A stretch of 63,021 bases of DNA, the filler included, from Octopus bimaculoides (Eukaryota), in NCBI RefSeq assembly GCF_001194135.2. It is 3 parts of 3 records of this genome, joined end to end, with 100 filler letters (N's around TTAATTAATTAA, not from the genome) between each part and the next. Parts side by side here need not be neighbours in the genome. Positions count along the whole stretch, not along the records: positions 1 to 31,964 come from NC_068981.1; 2 more parts are not named here. One strand, given 5' to 3'. Position numbers and translations under genes: made by a program. How positions within the stretch are numbered: position 1 is the stretch's first letter; the number at the start of each line of letters is the position of its first letter. Positions 1-13,010 of the stretch are shown here, one piece after another. The notes under the pieces were generated by a model. It did not search any database. It was not told the origin of the DNA and saw only the letters and a program-made list of their open reading frames with translations.

Positions 1-87
1 CCTTTGGATGGTGCATCTTATTACAAGTCAGTAGCTTGCGGATTTTTCTATCAATTTTGACTATTTCACTGGTATTCCAGTTAAGCA

Positions 88-89
<2 letters not shown>

Positions 90-148
<59 letters not shown>

Positions 149-164
149 GTTGTTGTTGTTGTTG

Positions 165-201
<37 letters not shown>
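90..201. repeat. (TTA)n/(TTG)n compound microsatellite
   Basis: Direct reading; it produces the poly-Leu ORF 36..536. Confidence 0.95.
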
Positions 202-202
<1 letters not shown>

Positions 203-231
203 GTGTTACTCCAATTTGCTTGTTAGTTTTT

Positions 232-658
232 CTCTCATTGCTGCTCGTCTTCACACCTCCTCATTCCTCATCGTGTCCATCCGTGTCACACCAACCAGAA
301 CCCTCAGACATCTCATCTCAAACACTTCTAGTCGGCCCCTTTCTGTCTCCCTTAGCCCCCACATCTCCGCACCACATAACATTGTCAGCACAATAACGCA
401 CTCATACACACTTCTTTTCGCTTTCATACTCAACCTTTTATCTCTCAGCATACCTTTCAAACTCCAAGTATCTTACTCCTCTTCCTCACTCTATATCATA
501 CTTCCTCAGCCAACCCCCATCCGCCGTCACAAGTGACCCCACATACTTAAAAACACTCACCTCGTCTAACATCTCACCGTTTATACTCACATCTATCCTA
601 CCAGCCATTCCATCTCCCGAATATCTCATCACCTTACTCTTAGCTACATTCACTTTCA
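232..658 (-). mobile_element. RTE-type LINE fragment (RT C-terminal region), decayed
   Basis: Minus strand gives KVNVAKSKVM...LDEVSVFKYVGSLVTADG, then KAKRSVYECVIVLTMLCGAEMWGL...EVFEMRCLR...RNEEV, typical post-RT motifs of RTE-like LINEs. Confidence 0.85.
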
Positions 659-665
659 AGTGCGG

Positions 666-710
<45 letters not shown>

Positions 711-712
<2 letters not shown>

Positions 713-845
713 ACCGCGGATTCCGACTTTACTTTTTATAATTTTGAGGTCGATATAACAGTTATCAGGTGAGCCCTGAAGTGAATTTAATCGACTATTT
801 CCCTGTCCCCAAATTTCAGGCCTTATGTCTAGAGTTGAACATTTA
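711..845 (+). mobile_element. SINE family A, degenerate 3' part
   Basis: Matches the 3' half of the family A copies (aatcgact...aaatttcaggcctt...) and ends in ATT repeats. Confidence 0.6.
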
Positions 846-865
846 TTATTATTATTATCAAAACA

Positions 866-1072
866 GCAAACAGGCAGGATCGTTACCATACCTGGCAAAA
901 TGCTTAGCGGCATTCTGTTCGTTTTCAGAGTTCAAATTCTGCCGAGGTTAACTTTGCCTTTCGTCCTGTTGGGCTGGATAAAATAAGTACCAACTGAGCA
1001 CTGGGGTCAATCAATTCGACTTATCCCCTCTCTCGACATTACTAACCTTGTGCCAAAATTTGAAGCCATTAT
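866..1072 (+). mobile_element. SINE family A (tRNA-derived head)
   Basis: ggcaggatcgtta...gcaaaatgcttagcgg...gagttcaaattctgccgagg...ataagtacc...; homologous to 2611, 51513, 51893 and 53302. Confidence 0.8.
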
Positions 1073-2089
1073 TTTTGTTTTTATTTCTATCTGACCTGGA
1101 AAGATTCGGGCACTGAGTCTGTGTAGAATTTATTGTTTTCAAAAGCGTCTATGCAGGACAAGTATCTATTCATGAAAATCTTCGTAGAACCTTTTGGAAC
1201 GTATTTTGATATCTCTCCAATGCGAGACAGAGAAAATAACATAATTTTCAATTTCAAATATTTTAAGCATTATTTTATATTTACTTTGGACCGAAGAAAT
1301 AACTTCTCTACATAGAGAAACGCCTACCAGAAAATTTAACAGACCATAGCAGTAGCGAAAGCGAAGTAGAGAGAACGCCAATTTAATCACAAAGCAGAAT
1401 GTGTGTCTTTTTACAAGGAGAGAAAAGTAATATATTTCTAGAAGAGGCAAACATTGAAGTAGAATTTCTCAATACAAAGCAAGTAACAGCAACAATAGTT
1501 CATGCAGCGAGCTGTTTGTTTTTATACCCAACGGCGACTTTCACGCATTTGATTAAGGAAAGGAATTAATAGAGACCTCGGTATCTGCAACAGAGAAAGA
1601 AATTTCAGGTTTCAGTCTTTCGCTGAAGTTACCCCAAATACACGAAGCAACGATGCGTACCATCTAGCGGTCATAACAGTGTCTGGCTGAGGTTCGTGAC
1701 AAATGTAGGTGTATTAAGACCCCAGTTGCTAAAAGACTATAAAATCAATGACCAAAAGCAGATGACTAGGGAGCAGAGGAACTACCTTCTACTTTTTCTA
1801 CCCCATTGTTTTGCGATGAAGAGAAGAATACTAATACAGAACAGAAATACAAATCCGTCTGAGACGATGGAAATGTTGAACAAAAGATAGAAAAGAAAAC
1901 AAAGAACTTTCCTCCACTAAGAAGAAAGAACCGAAACTGAAGGCGAGTAAAATTGCTAAGACGACGCTCGACACCATCTCTATCGTTTTCGTATTTGCTC
2001 ATGTAGCAAAAGAATAATTAATCGCAAGCTTAAAGAGGTAGGTGATTTTTTATGGAAAGATGAATTGTAGATCTGCGGCGATGTCCACC

Positions 2090-2404
2090 GATTTATTTCC
2101 TCGTATCAGATTTACATATATCAACTACAAACCACTTTATTTCCTTTTAGTACCCTCGGTTTCATGCATGAATTGGCAATGTAATTCCTTTTCTTCTCAA
2201 CTATTTGTTCAGTCGTTGTTTCTGTTCCTTGAATTCACTCACCGTTTCAATGGCTTTTTGATATTTGTGGGCGCAGATAGTATTGTTTCTTTACTATTCA
2301 TTACACTTAACAAACCTCTGCCTCCTTCGTTACTTGGCAGGTAGAGACCGTCGATAATACTGTTGGGGTGGTTTGCATTTTGCATTGTGAGCTGCTCCAT
2401 AGCA
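2090..2404 (-). mobile_element. R4/Dong-clade LINE fragment, decayed
   Basis: Minus strand reads LTMQNANHPNSIIDGLYLPSNEGGRGLLSV, the HHP...RLY...EGGRGL motif; its 5' flank is (GAA)/(TAA) repeats. Confidence 0.7.
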
Positions 2405-2610
2405 CTTCTTCTTCTTGTTCTTCTTCTGCTTCTTCTATTATTATTATTTTATTGCATAGTATAGATATAAAATGCTGGCTTCATTATCTTTTCTTCGCTC
2501 TGTCTAGTTTTAAAAAGCCTTAGATCGAAAGTATCTTTCTAAGAATATGAGCTGATCCAAAGAGGAGTTTTGGTGCAATCGCATATTTGTCTTGGTGTCC
2601 ATTAATCAAG

Positions 2611-2830
2611 GCAGCGAGTTGACAAAATCGTTTGTACGCCGGGCAAAATGCTTAGCATCGTTTCGTCCGTCTTTATGTTCCGAGTCCAAATTCCGTTGAG
2701 GTCGACTTTGCTTTGCATCCATTCGGAGTCGATAAATTAAGGACAGGTGAATCACTGGGATCGATGTAATCCACTAGTCCCTTCCCACCAAATTTCAGGC
2801 CTGGGTCGTTAGTAGAAAGGATTACTATAA
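2611..2830 (+). mobile_element. SINE family A, near full length
   Basis: ggcagcgagttgacaaaatcgtt...gcaaaatgcttagc...gaggtcgactttgc...aaatttcaggcc...agtagaaaggattact. Confidence 0.85.
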
Positions 2831-2904
2831 CAATAATAATTCATCATACCACCACCACCACCACCACCACCTCCGCCACCACCACCACCACCACCACCAC
2901 TACT

Positions 2905-3404
2905 NNNNNNNNNNNNNNNNNNNNNNNNNNNNNNNNNNNNNNNNNNNNNNNNNNNNNNNNNNNNNNNNNNNNNNNNNNNNNNNNNNNNNNNNNNNNNNNN
3001 NNNNNNNNNNNNNNNNNNNNNNNNNNNNNNNNNNNNNNNNNNNNNNNNNNNNNNNNNNNNNNNNNNNNNNNNNNNNNNNNNNNNNNNNNNNNNNNNNNNN
3101 NNNNNNNNNNNNNNNNNNNNNNNNNNNNNNNNNNNNNNNNNNNNNNNNNNNNNNNNNNNNNNNNNNNNNNNNNNNNNNNNNNNNNNNNNNNNNNNNNNNN
3201 NNNNNNNNNNNNNNNNNNNNNNNNNNNNNNNNNNNNNNNNNNNNNNNNNNNNNNNNNNNNNNNNNNNNNNNNNNNNNNNNNNNNNNNNNNNNNNNNNNNN
3301 NNNNNNNNNNNNNNNNNNNNNNNNNNNNNNNNNNNNNNNNNNNNNNNNNNNNNNNNNNNNNNNNNNNNNNNNNNNNNNNNNNNNNNNNNNNNNNNNNNNN
3401 NNNN
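2905..3404. other. Assembly gap. Other N runs lie near 4080-4498, 5771-5823, 10158-10629, 18693-19024, 31965-32064, 32511-32725, 36635-36747, 40892-41252, 50538-50818, 58390-58759 and 60972-61071
   Basis: Runs of N, nearly all flanked by microsatellites. Confidence 0.99.
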
Positions 3405-3665
3405 ATGGATTGTGTTGTTACTGCGTTACTGTCAATTCAGCGAAATTACCATATTGTTACCTTTTCCAATGTAAATTAGTTTTGCTGTGTTATTTTATTG
3501 GTAGGGAAAAGCTGATGCACTGCAGTGCGTGCACTGATTATTGATCCCAAAGCGGATAACTTCACACACGTGGCTGGTCGGGGAACTCCAAGTAGAGCAT
3601 GTAGGGGGGAAGCTCATTATGAATAATATATTGATATTTTAGATATATTTCTCTATTTTTGTTCC

Positions 3666-4065
3666 CGTGGCTGTGTGGTTCTGGGCTCAGTCATGGTTCT
3701 GGGTTCAGTCCCACTCCACCTTGAGCAAGTGTCTTCTATATTTTCGGGCCGACCAAAGCCTTGTGAGAGGATTTAGTAGATGAAAACTGAAAGAAGCCCG
3801 TCGTACACATATGTTTGCATGTGTGGGGTGGTGGGGTGGTGGATGTGTCTTTATGTCTGTATTTGTCCCCTCACCACCACTTGACAACCGGTGTTGGTGT
3901 GTTTATGTCCCCGTAAATTAGCGGTTAGGCAAAAATGACCGATACAATAAGTACCAGGCTTTACAAAAATAAGTAATGGGGTTGATTCATTCGATTAAAA
4001 AGTTGTCGAAGGTGGTGACGCAGCACATCCGTAATCTAATGACTGAAACAAGTTAAAAATAAAAG
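3666..4065 (+). mobile_element. SINE family B (tRNA head plus CCTTGGGCAAG core-like domain)
   Basis: gtggctgtgtgg...gggttcagtcccact...ccttgagcaagtgtcttcta...gccgaccaaagccttgtgag...gactgaaacaag tail; homologous to 41993, 52130 and 56213. Confidence 0.85.
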
Positions 4066-5727
4066 ATATGTATATATATNNNNNNNNNNNNNNNNNNNNN
4101 NNNNNNNNNNNNNNNNNNNNNNNNNNNNNNNNNNNNNNNNNNNNNNNNNNNNNNNNNNNNNNNNNNNNNNNNNNNNNNNNNNNNNNNNNNNNNNNNNNNN
4201 NNNNNNNNNNNNNNNNNNNNNNNNNNNNNNNNNNNNNNNNNNNNNNNNNNNNNNNNNNNNNNNNNNNNNNNNNNNNNNNNNNNNNNNNNNNNNNNNNNNN
4301 NNNNNNNNNNNNNNNNNNNNNNNNNNNNNNNNNNNNNNNNNNNNNNNNNNNNNNNNNNNNNNNNNNNNNNNNNNNNNNNNNNNNNNNNNNNNNNNNNNNN
4401 NNNNNNNNNNNNNNNNNNNNNNNNNNNNNNNNNNNNNNNNNNNNNNNNNNNNNNNNNNNNNNNNNNNNNNNNNNNNNNNNNNNNNNNNNNNNNNNNNNNA
4501 TATATATATTTATAAAAATGTGTAGAGATGAGTTTTTGGATAATTTTTATTTAAGAATTATCCAAAAAAAGCCATCTCTACTAATTTTTTCAAATACTGT
4601 ACTAAGAACTTTCTTTCTCTTATTCTTCTATATATATAACTTATAGAACACATAGATACATTTGTAGCCCAAACTGTATGTTACGCGGAATGTAACCGTT
4701 ATAGTTTTGTGCAGACTATGCCCGTGCACAAGTAAAGAACATACCGATGTACATGCTCCACATTTCCACAATGTAAGACTGTTTAAAGCTTTAACTGCTG
4801 TTTGTACAGGTTTCTTAACTATCCAGGATTTCTTGTAAACCAAATGATGTTAACGGTTAAAGTAAAGTGGGTAAACCAATTTGCATATTTAACACTAACT
4901 AAATATGCAGTTGGAATTTTATTAACTGGTATATTAACAATGTTTCGTTCCTTGCTACAATACCCTACAGGATATGTTTATAGAATTCTGACCGACACTA
5001 CGTTACGAATGTAAAAATCACGCACACACACACACACACACACACACAACAGCTATGTATGCTGTACATTTCAACTTGGAGTTTCATCTTCATCTTTGCA
5101 CCTTCCCCAGCTGTTCATGGAGTTAAATACGTTTACTGGCAGAAATCAGAATTTTCAAATACTTCCTTCTATTTGATTACGCTAAAATAATAATGTGTGC
5201 AAAAAAAAACAAAAAAAAACGTAGAAGTTTAATACCATTCTAGTTGCTCTAATGAAAAGTTATTAGAAGCAACGGTTTAATCAGGGATCTTAATTACCTT
5301 GTTGATGCTGCATAGCGTGAGTGTGATTGACTACATTGCAATCTTCAAACAGATTCAAATTTAGATAGCATCTTTCTTAGTTGAAGCTCAGTCTTTGTTA
5401 AGTAAATGACATTATTTTACCATTGCCGGAGTGGGTATGTGTGAGTATGTCTATTTGTGTCTGTATGTTTGTACATGTGCGTATGTGTGTATGTGTATCT
5501 ATGTGACTGCTTGCGCGCGCGACGGTTTGTGGTGAAGTGACGGCAAAGATTTCTACTCGGTTCAACTTCAAAACAATCAAATACCGTCTATAAAGTATCT
5601 GCTGTTTCAGTTATCTCCAAAACTTTAGAAAAAAATATATGGAAGTCAAATAGATCTATACAAGCGTATATTTGTAAATTTAATAGAAAATGTCACACGA
5701 ACTGATTTAGACACACGCAAAACTCTA

Positions 5728-5770
<43 letters not shown>

Positions 5771-7162
5771 NNNNNNNNNNNNNNNNNNNNNNNNNNNNNN
5801 NNNNNNNNNNNNNNNNNNNNNNNTATATATATATATATATATATCTTTCTGCTCTCTTTTCTTCCTTTCTTCGTTCCTGATTTATCTCTCTATTTCCCGC
5901 TTCTTCCTTTTTCCTTTCTCGATTTCCCTTATTTTTCTTTTCCATTCGCTCTCCCCATTCTCTCTAGCATAGCTACCTGTGATCTTTTGACAATATACCA
6001 GTAAGCTTTGTATTAATGTTGATGCATGTGTATACTCTCTTCAGAGGCAAAATTAAAGAAGTTATGTATGAAAATTTTCCTTCCATTTAAAATTGTCTAA
6101 GAAAAATAAAACGAAAAGCAAAAAAAAAAAATCAAAGGAAACGAAAACAACACAAAGAAAAAATACGTTGACGTATGGAAGAAATCAGGTTAACACGAAA
6201 TCGTCAGTTGCGTGAGCACTGCCAGTATAATATATAATATTTAAACAGAGATTCTTACGTTTTGTTCGTTGAATTTGAATATTATTTGCAATTTTGTCTC
6301 GATAGATTTTCGTAAATCTCTTTTGTGTTAAAGGGGAAAATATTGAAGACCGCAATATTCCGGCTTCTTATTGTATCTATCCTTTTTCTTTTTCGATTTA
6401 AAAAAAAAAAATATAAATCAAGTAAAAATCTTAGTTTTACTGCTCTGAAGACGGCGTATACAGGGATCAGCGTTGATGCCCGAAAAACGCACGTTTTTCC
6501 CATGTATGGAGAATCTGATAAAAGTAGTGTTTAATATTGAACAGTGATATCTAACACTGTTTTTATTTCTCGGGTTCTTTCGATATCAGTTGTTTATTTT
6601 TCAGTTAAATGAATTTATCGGATAAATGTTCTATATTATAACGCAAATATAACGCCCGTAGAAGATTTTACGAAGAATTTTCTAGATTTATTTCGACATT
6701 ATGTATTATATAAATATATACATATATGTGTGTGTATATGCATATGTATGTGTGTCTGTGTATATTTCCTGTGTATATATGAGCATATATATGTTAATAT
6801 ATGTATGTATTCATATCCATCTATCTCTATATAGAGAAATTTGATTAAAAGAGAACAATTAATGATCGAAGCATATGAAAGGGAAGCGCACCGCAGATAT
6901 TGACTAAGAAGAGTGATGCAAATCAAACAGTTAGGTAATCTATTATCATAGCACGGAATGCATCGATGGAAGGAAATTCACTGTTGTTTGGTAATCCGCT
7001 ATTCCAATAGTATCCAAATATATCCAAAGATAAATAGAACCTTAAACTAACGTAATACCAATGATTAAAACAGACGAATGAGTTATCTGGTACGGCTACA
7101 ATTGTTTCAGTATAAGCCTTTATCATAACGTAAGGAATCTGCTATCCATCCTATTCCGAGGG

Positions 7163-7222
7163 TGGGGCCATGAATGGGGCCATGAATGGGGCCATGAATG
7201 GGGCCATGAATGGGGCCATGAA
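7163..7222 (+). repeat. Perfect 12-bp minisatellite (TGGGGCCATGAA)x5
   Basis: Five exact copies read directly. Confidence 0.95.
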
Positions 7223-7994
7223 GCATGGTTGTTATGCCTACCTCTTTCCATTAATTACTTTATTTTCCTTTGTTTTCTTCTCCTCCCCACCTTATTCTTT
7301 GTTATTTCGCAAAGACCTTTGCTATTCTCTACGCTTTTTTCCCCTTATTTTCTCTGAACTATAATTAACTGGATCTCCCTTGATTAAAGCTATTATTTTA
7401 TTAGTTCTACAATAATCAATTATTAATCAAGAGGAATTTAATAAAGGAATAAGTAACTCTTGAATATATAAACGATGCCATTCCTTTGATACACTAAACA
7501 ATGTAACAATGTAAATAGTTTTTTGAACAATATCAGCAACTTTGAATCTTGTCTGATACGATTAAATGCCACGCTTTGGCGCCTGCTATCTGCTTTTATG
7601 AGTGAGGTCAATTAGTTTAATGACATCATTAGAATATATATTCCTTTTAACTGTCCTATGATTTACAACCTCATTCTGCTTTCCACCCTGGTGATTGACA
7701 GGTTATACTGCCATTCATTTTACATTTCTTAAATGTTGGTAACTGTGATTAGAAATTTCACTTGTTGATCTATTGATTAATCAGCATGTCACTACTTGCT
7801 TGTAAATTTGGTAAGCCTGATGAGTTGAGAGTTGTGTAGTGTATTACATATTTTTTATGGATGTTGTGCATAGTGCATAGCTGACTCTACCACATTTATA
7901 TCACAATAAATGAAATAATTGTAGTAGTACTGGGTAACCCATTCGTCTCTTTTTAGCACACACACACACACACATACACTCACACACACATACA

Positions 7995-8032
<38 letters not shown>

Positions 8033-8917
8033 TTTGCATACATTATACTAGGCAATGAAAGTAGAGTGACTACACACATACACGCGCGCGTACACACAAA
8101 CACACACATAGACAACATACGCAAATAAAGACAAAACAGATACAATAGGATAAATGTGAATGAAAGATAACATATGTACTTCAGCGAAATACAAATATAG
8201 CTGTCGCCAATCTGATATGATTTCAGCAATTCAATCAAGCAGAAATACGTCCCAAAAGTATAAATTACGTTTGTATTTCAATGTCTGATGAAAAAGAAAG
8301 AGAAAAAGGGTAATAGAAAAAATGGAATGATAGGAAATTATTGAAACCTCGCATTTTCTTTCTAAACTCGGTTCCTTTCAACTTCTTGCTTCATTGTTAT
8401 CTAGTTAAATGATTTTATATGCTTTATACTACGGGGAAATGCAAAGTCGACCTATAGAAGCACGAAAAATATTTCTTGGAAATATTTGTCAGCTTCAATC
8501 AACGGTTACTTAAAACAGATTTAGAATGGTATTAGGAGAAAAAGGTCAGTAATTTGAAACAAAACTACCATAAAATAATGTTATAGCATATAAGAAAGGA
8601 AACGAAACAGGGATATCGAGATAATGAGAGAGAGAGAGAGAGAGAGAAAGAGAGGAGGAATAAGAGAGGATACATGGCATTGGGGATGGGTTTGGTACTG
8701 TTTTGTGTGGCGAGATGTAAAATGAAGATAGAAATAGAACAGATGAAGAGTTTTCGAATATATATCATTGTAATAATTCAATTATGATGGATAACCTCCA
8801 CTCATACTACAACAACACTTCTTCCGAGGTTAATGGGATGGAAAGTTAAGATTTTTTATTCCATTTTCTTATTGATATATATGTGTGTGTGTGTGTGTGT
8901 GTGTATATGCATGCATG

Positions 8918-8975
<58 letters not shown>

Positions 8976-9044
8976 AATATATGTATCAATATATATATAT
9001 TAGATATCAGATAAAGAAAATTGAATTCACGAGATTCTTTATTC

Positions 9045-9157
9045 AAATCCACTACAATTGTTTCGACTCATCCTGCATCAGTAGCTCACAGGTTAGATGC
9101 TGTACAGTCAATTGTCTTACATCACGGGTGTAGAAGGCGCCTCCTCAGGTGAAATTT
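9045..9157 (-). ncRNA. Type-I hammerhead ribozyme motif (Penelope-type, palindromic stem III)
   Basis: Minus strand: AAATTTCAC-CTGAGGA-GGCGC..GAGTC-GAAAC-AATT-GTA^GTGGATTT. The core is intact, stem III ACAATTGT is a palindrome, and stems I and II are imperfect. Confidence 0.65.
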
Positions 9158-9668
9158 TAACCAAGTACCTCGCTCTTTTTTCTCCATTTAAGCCAGCTCT
9201 AGTTTCCATCTAGCCAATTTCATTCAGACGGTATGGGCTAATATGAGGCTACAGAAAACGACATTTACTCAAGAGGGGACGTAGGAGCATACAAACAGAA
9301 TAAACGTTAACTGTAGGGAAATGACACATAATCAGAGAAGAATCCCCGATACCGCACTTTGTTATCAGAAAGAAAAATCACGTGAGATCCGTCATGGATT
9401 ACGCTAGTATCGTCTTTGCTTTAAATCTCTCCAGAACGAAAAGTAAGAAAAAACACAAAACAAAAATCACAATACGTTTAGAAGAAGGCAAACCACTCCT
9501 TAATCATCATTACATCTTATATACAGATAACATCTGCAAATAATCTACATCGCAAAACAAGAAAACAAGATATACCAAAACTGAAAGTCTGCTGAATATG
9601 AAAAAGACAGCTCTATTTTTGCAGTAAAACTCAACACTCGTAGCTGCTGCCACTAAAAAAAGTAAAGC

Positions 9669-9747
<79 letters not shown>

Positions 9748-9833
9748 GAACGCACACACAGAGGCATACACACACAAACACACATACGTGTATACAGATG
9801 TATATGTGAATGTATGTATAGGGATAGGTGTGG

Positions 9834-10120
9834 CTGTGAGAGGGTTTGGTAGACGGAAACTGAAAGAAGCCCTACACACACATACACATATACCTATGTA
9901 TGTATGTATGTTTTCGTCTGTATTTGTCCCCTACCACTGCTCGACAGCCGGTGCTGGTGTGTTTATCTCCTTGTAACTTTTCGCCCAAAGAGACTGTTTG
10001 AATAAGCACTAGGTTTAGCAGAATAAGTCTTGCGGGGTCTATGTGTTTGACCAAAATCCTCCAAGGTTCTAAGGTGGTTCCACAACATGACTGGAATCAA
10101 ATGACTGAAGCAAGTAAAAG

Positions 10121-10121
<1 letters not shown>
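9834..10121 (+). mobile_element. SINE family B, 5'-truncated
   Basis: tttggtagacggaaactgaaagaagccc ... tgactgaagcaagtaaaaga. Confidence 0.8.
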
Positions 10122-10157
<36 letters not shown>

Positions 10158-10723
10158 NNNNNNNNNNNNNNNNNNNNNNNNNNNNNNNNNNNNNNNNNNN
10201 NNNNNNNNNNNNNNNNNNNNNNNNNNNNNNNNNNNNNNNNNNNNNNNNNNNNNNNNNNNNNNNNNNNNNNNNNNNNNNNNNNNNNNNNNNNNNNNNNNNN
10301 NNNNNNNNNNNNNNNNNNNNNNNNNNNNNNNNNNNNNNNNNNNNNNNNNNNNNNNNNNNNNNNNNNNNNNNNNNNNNNNNNNNNNNNNNNNNNNNNNNNN
10401 NNNNNNNNNNNNNNNNNNNNNNNNNNNNNNNNNNNNNNNNNNNNNNNNNNNNNNNNNNNNNNNNNNNNNNNNNNNNNNNNNNNNNNNNNNNNNNNNNNNN
10501 NNNNNNNNNNNNNNNNNNNNNNNNNNNNNNNNNNNNNNNNNNNNNNNNNNNNNNNNNNNNNNNNNNNNNNNNNNNNNNNNNNNNNNNNNNNNNNNNNNNN
10601 NNNNNNNNNNNNNNNNNNNNNNNNNNNNNATATATATATATATATATATATATATAAGTATACCAGCTCCCCAAACCTTTCTTATTTCTACTCTTCTCAG
10701 AAAAATATTAAAAAATTACTCAC

Positions 10724-10901
10724 AGCAACGTTAATAAGCTCATTGCCGAAGTCATCGTACGGAGCTGCATAGTATCAATGCTGAATGCAGAGGAACTGTA
10801 ACTGCCACTCTTTAATGTCGAGACCAGCTCCAATATGCTGGACTACACCTGGTTCAATTTGCTCGCCTCTGTCTAACCTATTAATAGAATCTATAGCTGT
10901 A
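10724..10901 (-). CDS. Candidate exon, possibly holding a start codon (MQLRTMTSAMSLLTL from 10770)
   Basis: Minus-strand acceptor ttttttcctttgttatgtccatttcag and donor GCT|GTGAGT around unique sequence; no homology recognised. Confidence 0.3.
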
Positions 10902-11700
10902 CTGAAATGGACATAACAAAGGAAAAAATGCTTACTGATTTGGGTCACAAACCTATGTGGTGTGCCTTGTCTTTCGGCTGACTTAATGCTACTCAACAAC
11001 AAACACACAACAATGAAGATATCTGCTTTATAGCTCCAATAAATGGCCATCAACATATTTGAAAGAACAAGACAAAAATGTCTTAGGGAAATGTATTATT
11101 TTATTATTTTATATATTATTTTAACTTAATATGACTTTCTCTATTATAAGTTAATGAAAAAATAGCAAAATAAAAAAAAATTGATACTAGTATTATTTGA
11201 ACTGAAACGTAAGAGGGTATAACTAGATAACATGACGCATTTTCTGATGCTCTAATAATATGTTAGATAACGCCATGATGAGAAAATCGTGAAACCTGTA
11301 TGCGATGGTAAAACTTCAAATAATCAAGTGTTGTAAGGGTGATATTGGATACCATTGTGATTTGCAGCACAGATAACAATTATAAAATTTCAATCAAAGT
11401 AATGGAGTAGATATTCGATGTACGTAAAGGTATATCAGAATAAAATTCTTACATAACTAATAAAAGTTTCGACATCATCTGCCTGAAAACACAAAAGCCA
11501 AATTGCTATATATGTGATAAATTACATTATATATACAAAGTAATTTATCATATATTTTTAGCAATTTGGCATTTTTGTTTTCCGGCACTTCATGTCGAGA
11601 CCATTTCCAAATATTTTCGAAACCATTATCAGTTACGTAAGAATGTCACCTTTAATATATGTTCATATACACCAATTGTATAAAGATATATATATATCTA

Positions 11701-11762
<62 letters not shown>

Positions 11763-12628
11763 CACACGTACACATGTGTGTTTTCGTCTGTGCGGATGTG
11801 TTTGCGTGTTTGTCTGTGTGTTTTTCTCTGAATATACGACTGTATTCTAATTTTATCTTTTTTTTATACTTCTGAATGAATTACATGCACCACAATGCTA
11901 AATGAAAAACAGACAATACGAAATAGTCAGTAGCAAAGCTAAGCGCATCACTGGCGGCGTATAAATTTAACGTGCATTATCAAAATTCTGTTATGTCTTA
12001 AGCAAACAGATTGGTGTTTCCTTACTTTAAAAATGATGCAACACACGCCAACACCATTTCATCTTGAATATGAATTTAGGAAGGTCCAGAAAAGTTAACT
12101 CTGGAATTAGAAATATTTTAGTTAATGTAAGAAACTGCCAAGAACTCAAACGTAGTTAGAAAAGACTTGATGAAAAAAAGATTAAGTAACAATAATATAG
12201 TCGAAAAGAAAAGAATATTCTCCATATTACACTCACACACAAACACACACATGCACGAGCGCACGCACACACGCGCACGAACAGGCGCACACGCACACAC
12301 ACACATACACACACACTCACCATGTTGATACATATAGACATCTATGTATTATTTGTAAATATGTAAAATCTACACCTAAAGTATGTTCAATTGAAGATAT
12401 TGCGTCAGTCTCAGTAACTTTAAACCATTCAGTTGCAGTGAAGTTTACATTCCTGTGGGTGATGAATTGAATATTATCAGTATATTTGTAGGAAAATCTC
12501 TTCGAGTAACTGGAAGTGGTTTGACTCAACAGATATTAAACCCTTTAATTCAATACGAAACATCCTCCGAGGTATCTCGAATGTTTATACGTAGAGATTA
12601 TTTTAGCCCTGGTTTACTTTTGGTGAAA

Positions 12629-13010
12629 GTGGAGGCGCAATGGCCCAGTGGTTAGGGCAGCGGATTCGCGGTCATAGCATCGTGGTTTCGATTCCCAGAC
12701 CGGGCGTTGTGAGTGTTTATTGAGTGAAAACACCTAAAGCTCCACGAGGCTCCAGCAGGGGATGGTGGCGAACCCTGCTGTACTCTTTCACCAGAACTTT
12801 CTCTCACTCTTACTTCCTGTTTTTCTTGTGCCTGTAATTCAAAAGGTCAGCCTTGTCACACTGTTTCCCGCTGAATATCCCCAAGAACTACGTTAAGGGT
12901 ACACGTGTCTGTGGAGTGCTCAGCCACTTGCACGTTAATTTCACGAGCAGGCTGTTCCGTTGATCGTATCAACTGGAACCCTCAACGTCGTAAGCGATGG
13001 AGTGCCAACA
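12629..13010 (+). mobile_element. SINE family C, full length, with 13-bp TSD
   Basis: A-box-like TGGCCCAGTGG, B-box-like GGTTTCGATTCC and a CAACAAC tail; TSD acttttggtgaaa at 12616-12628 and 13011-13023. Confidence 0.92.

Noticed and set aside
4640-5014. Unique Cys-containing region with short ORFs on both strands
   Set aside because: All frames are interrupted, with no recognisable motif or consistent splice pair.
6440-6500. CTGAAGA...GCCC-GAAA hammerhead-like spacing
   Set aside because: The first stem II pair is C:C and no stem I partner follows a NUH triplet.
12629-12710. tRNA-like sequences with A and B boxes (also 41993, 45436, 51513)
   Set aside because: They lack a full acceptor stem and continue into a shared SINE body, so they are SINE heads rather than tRNA genes.
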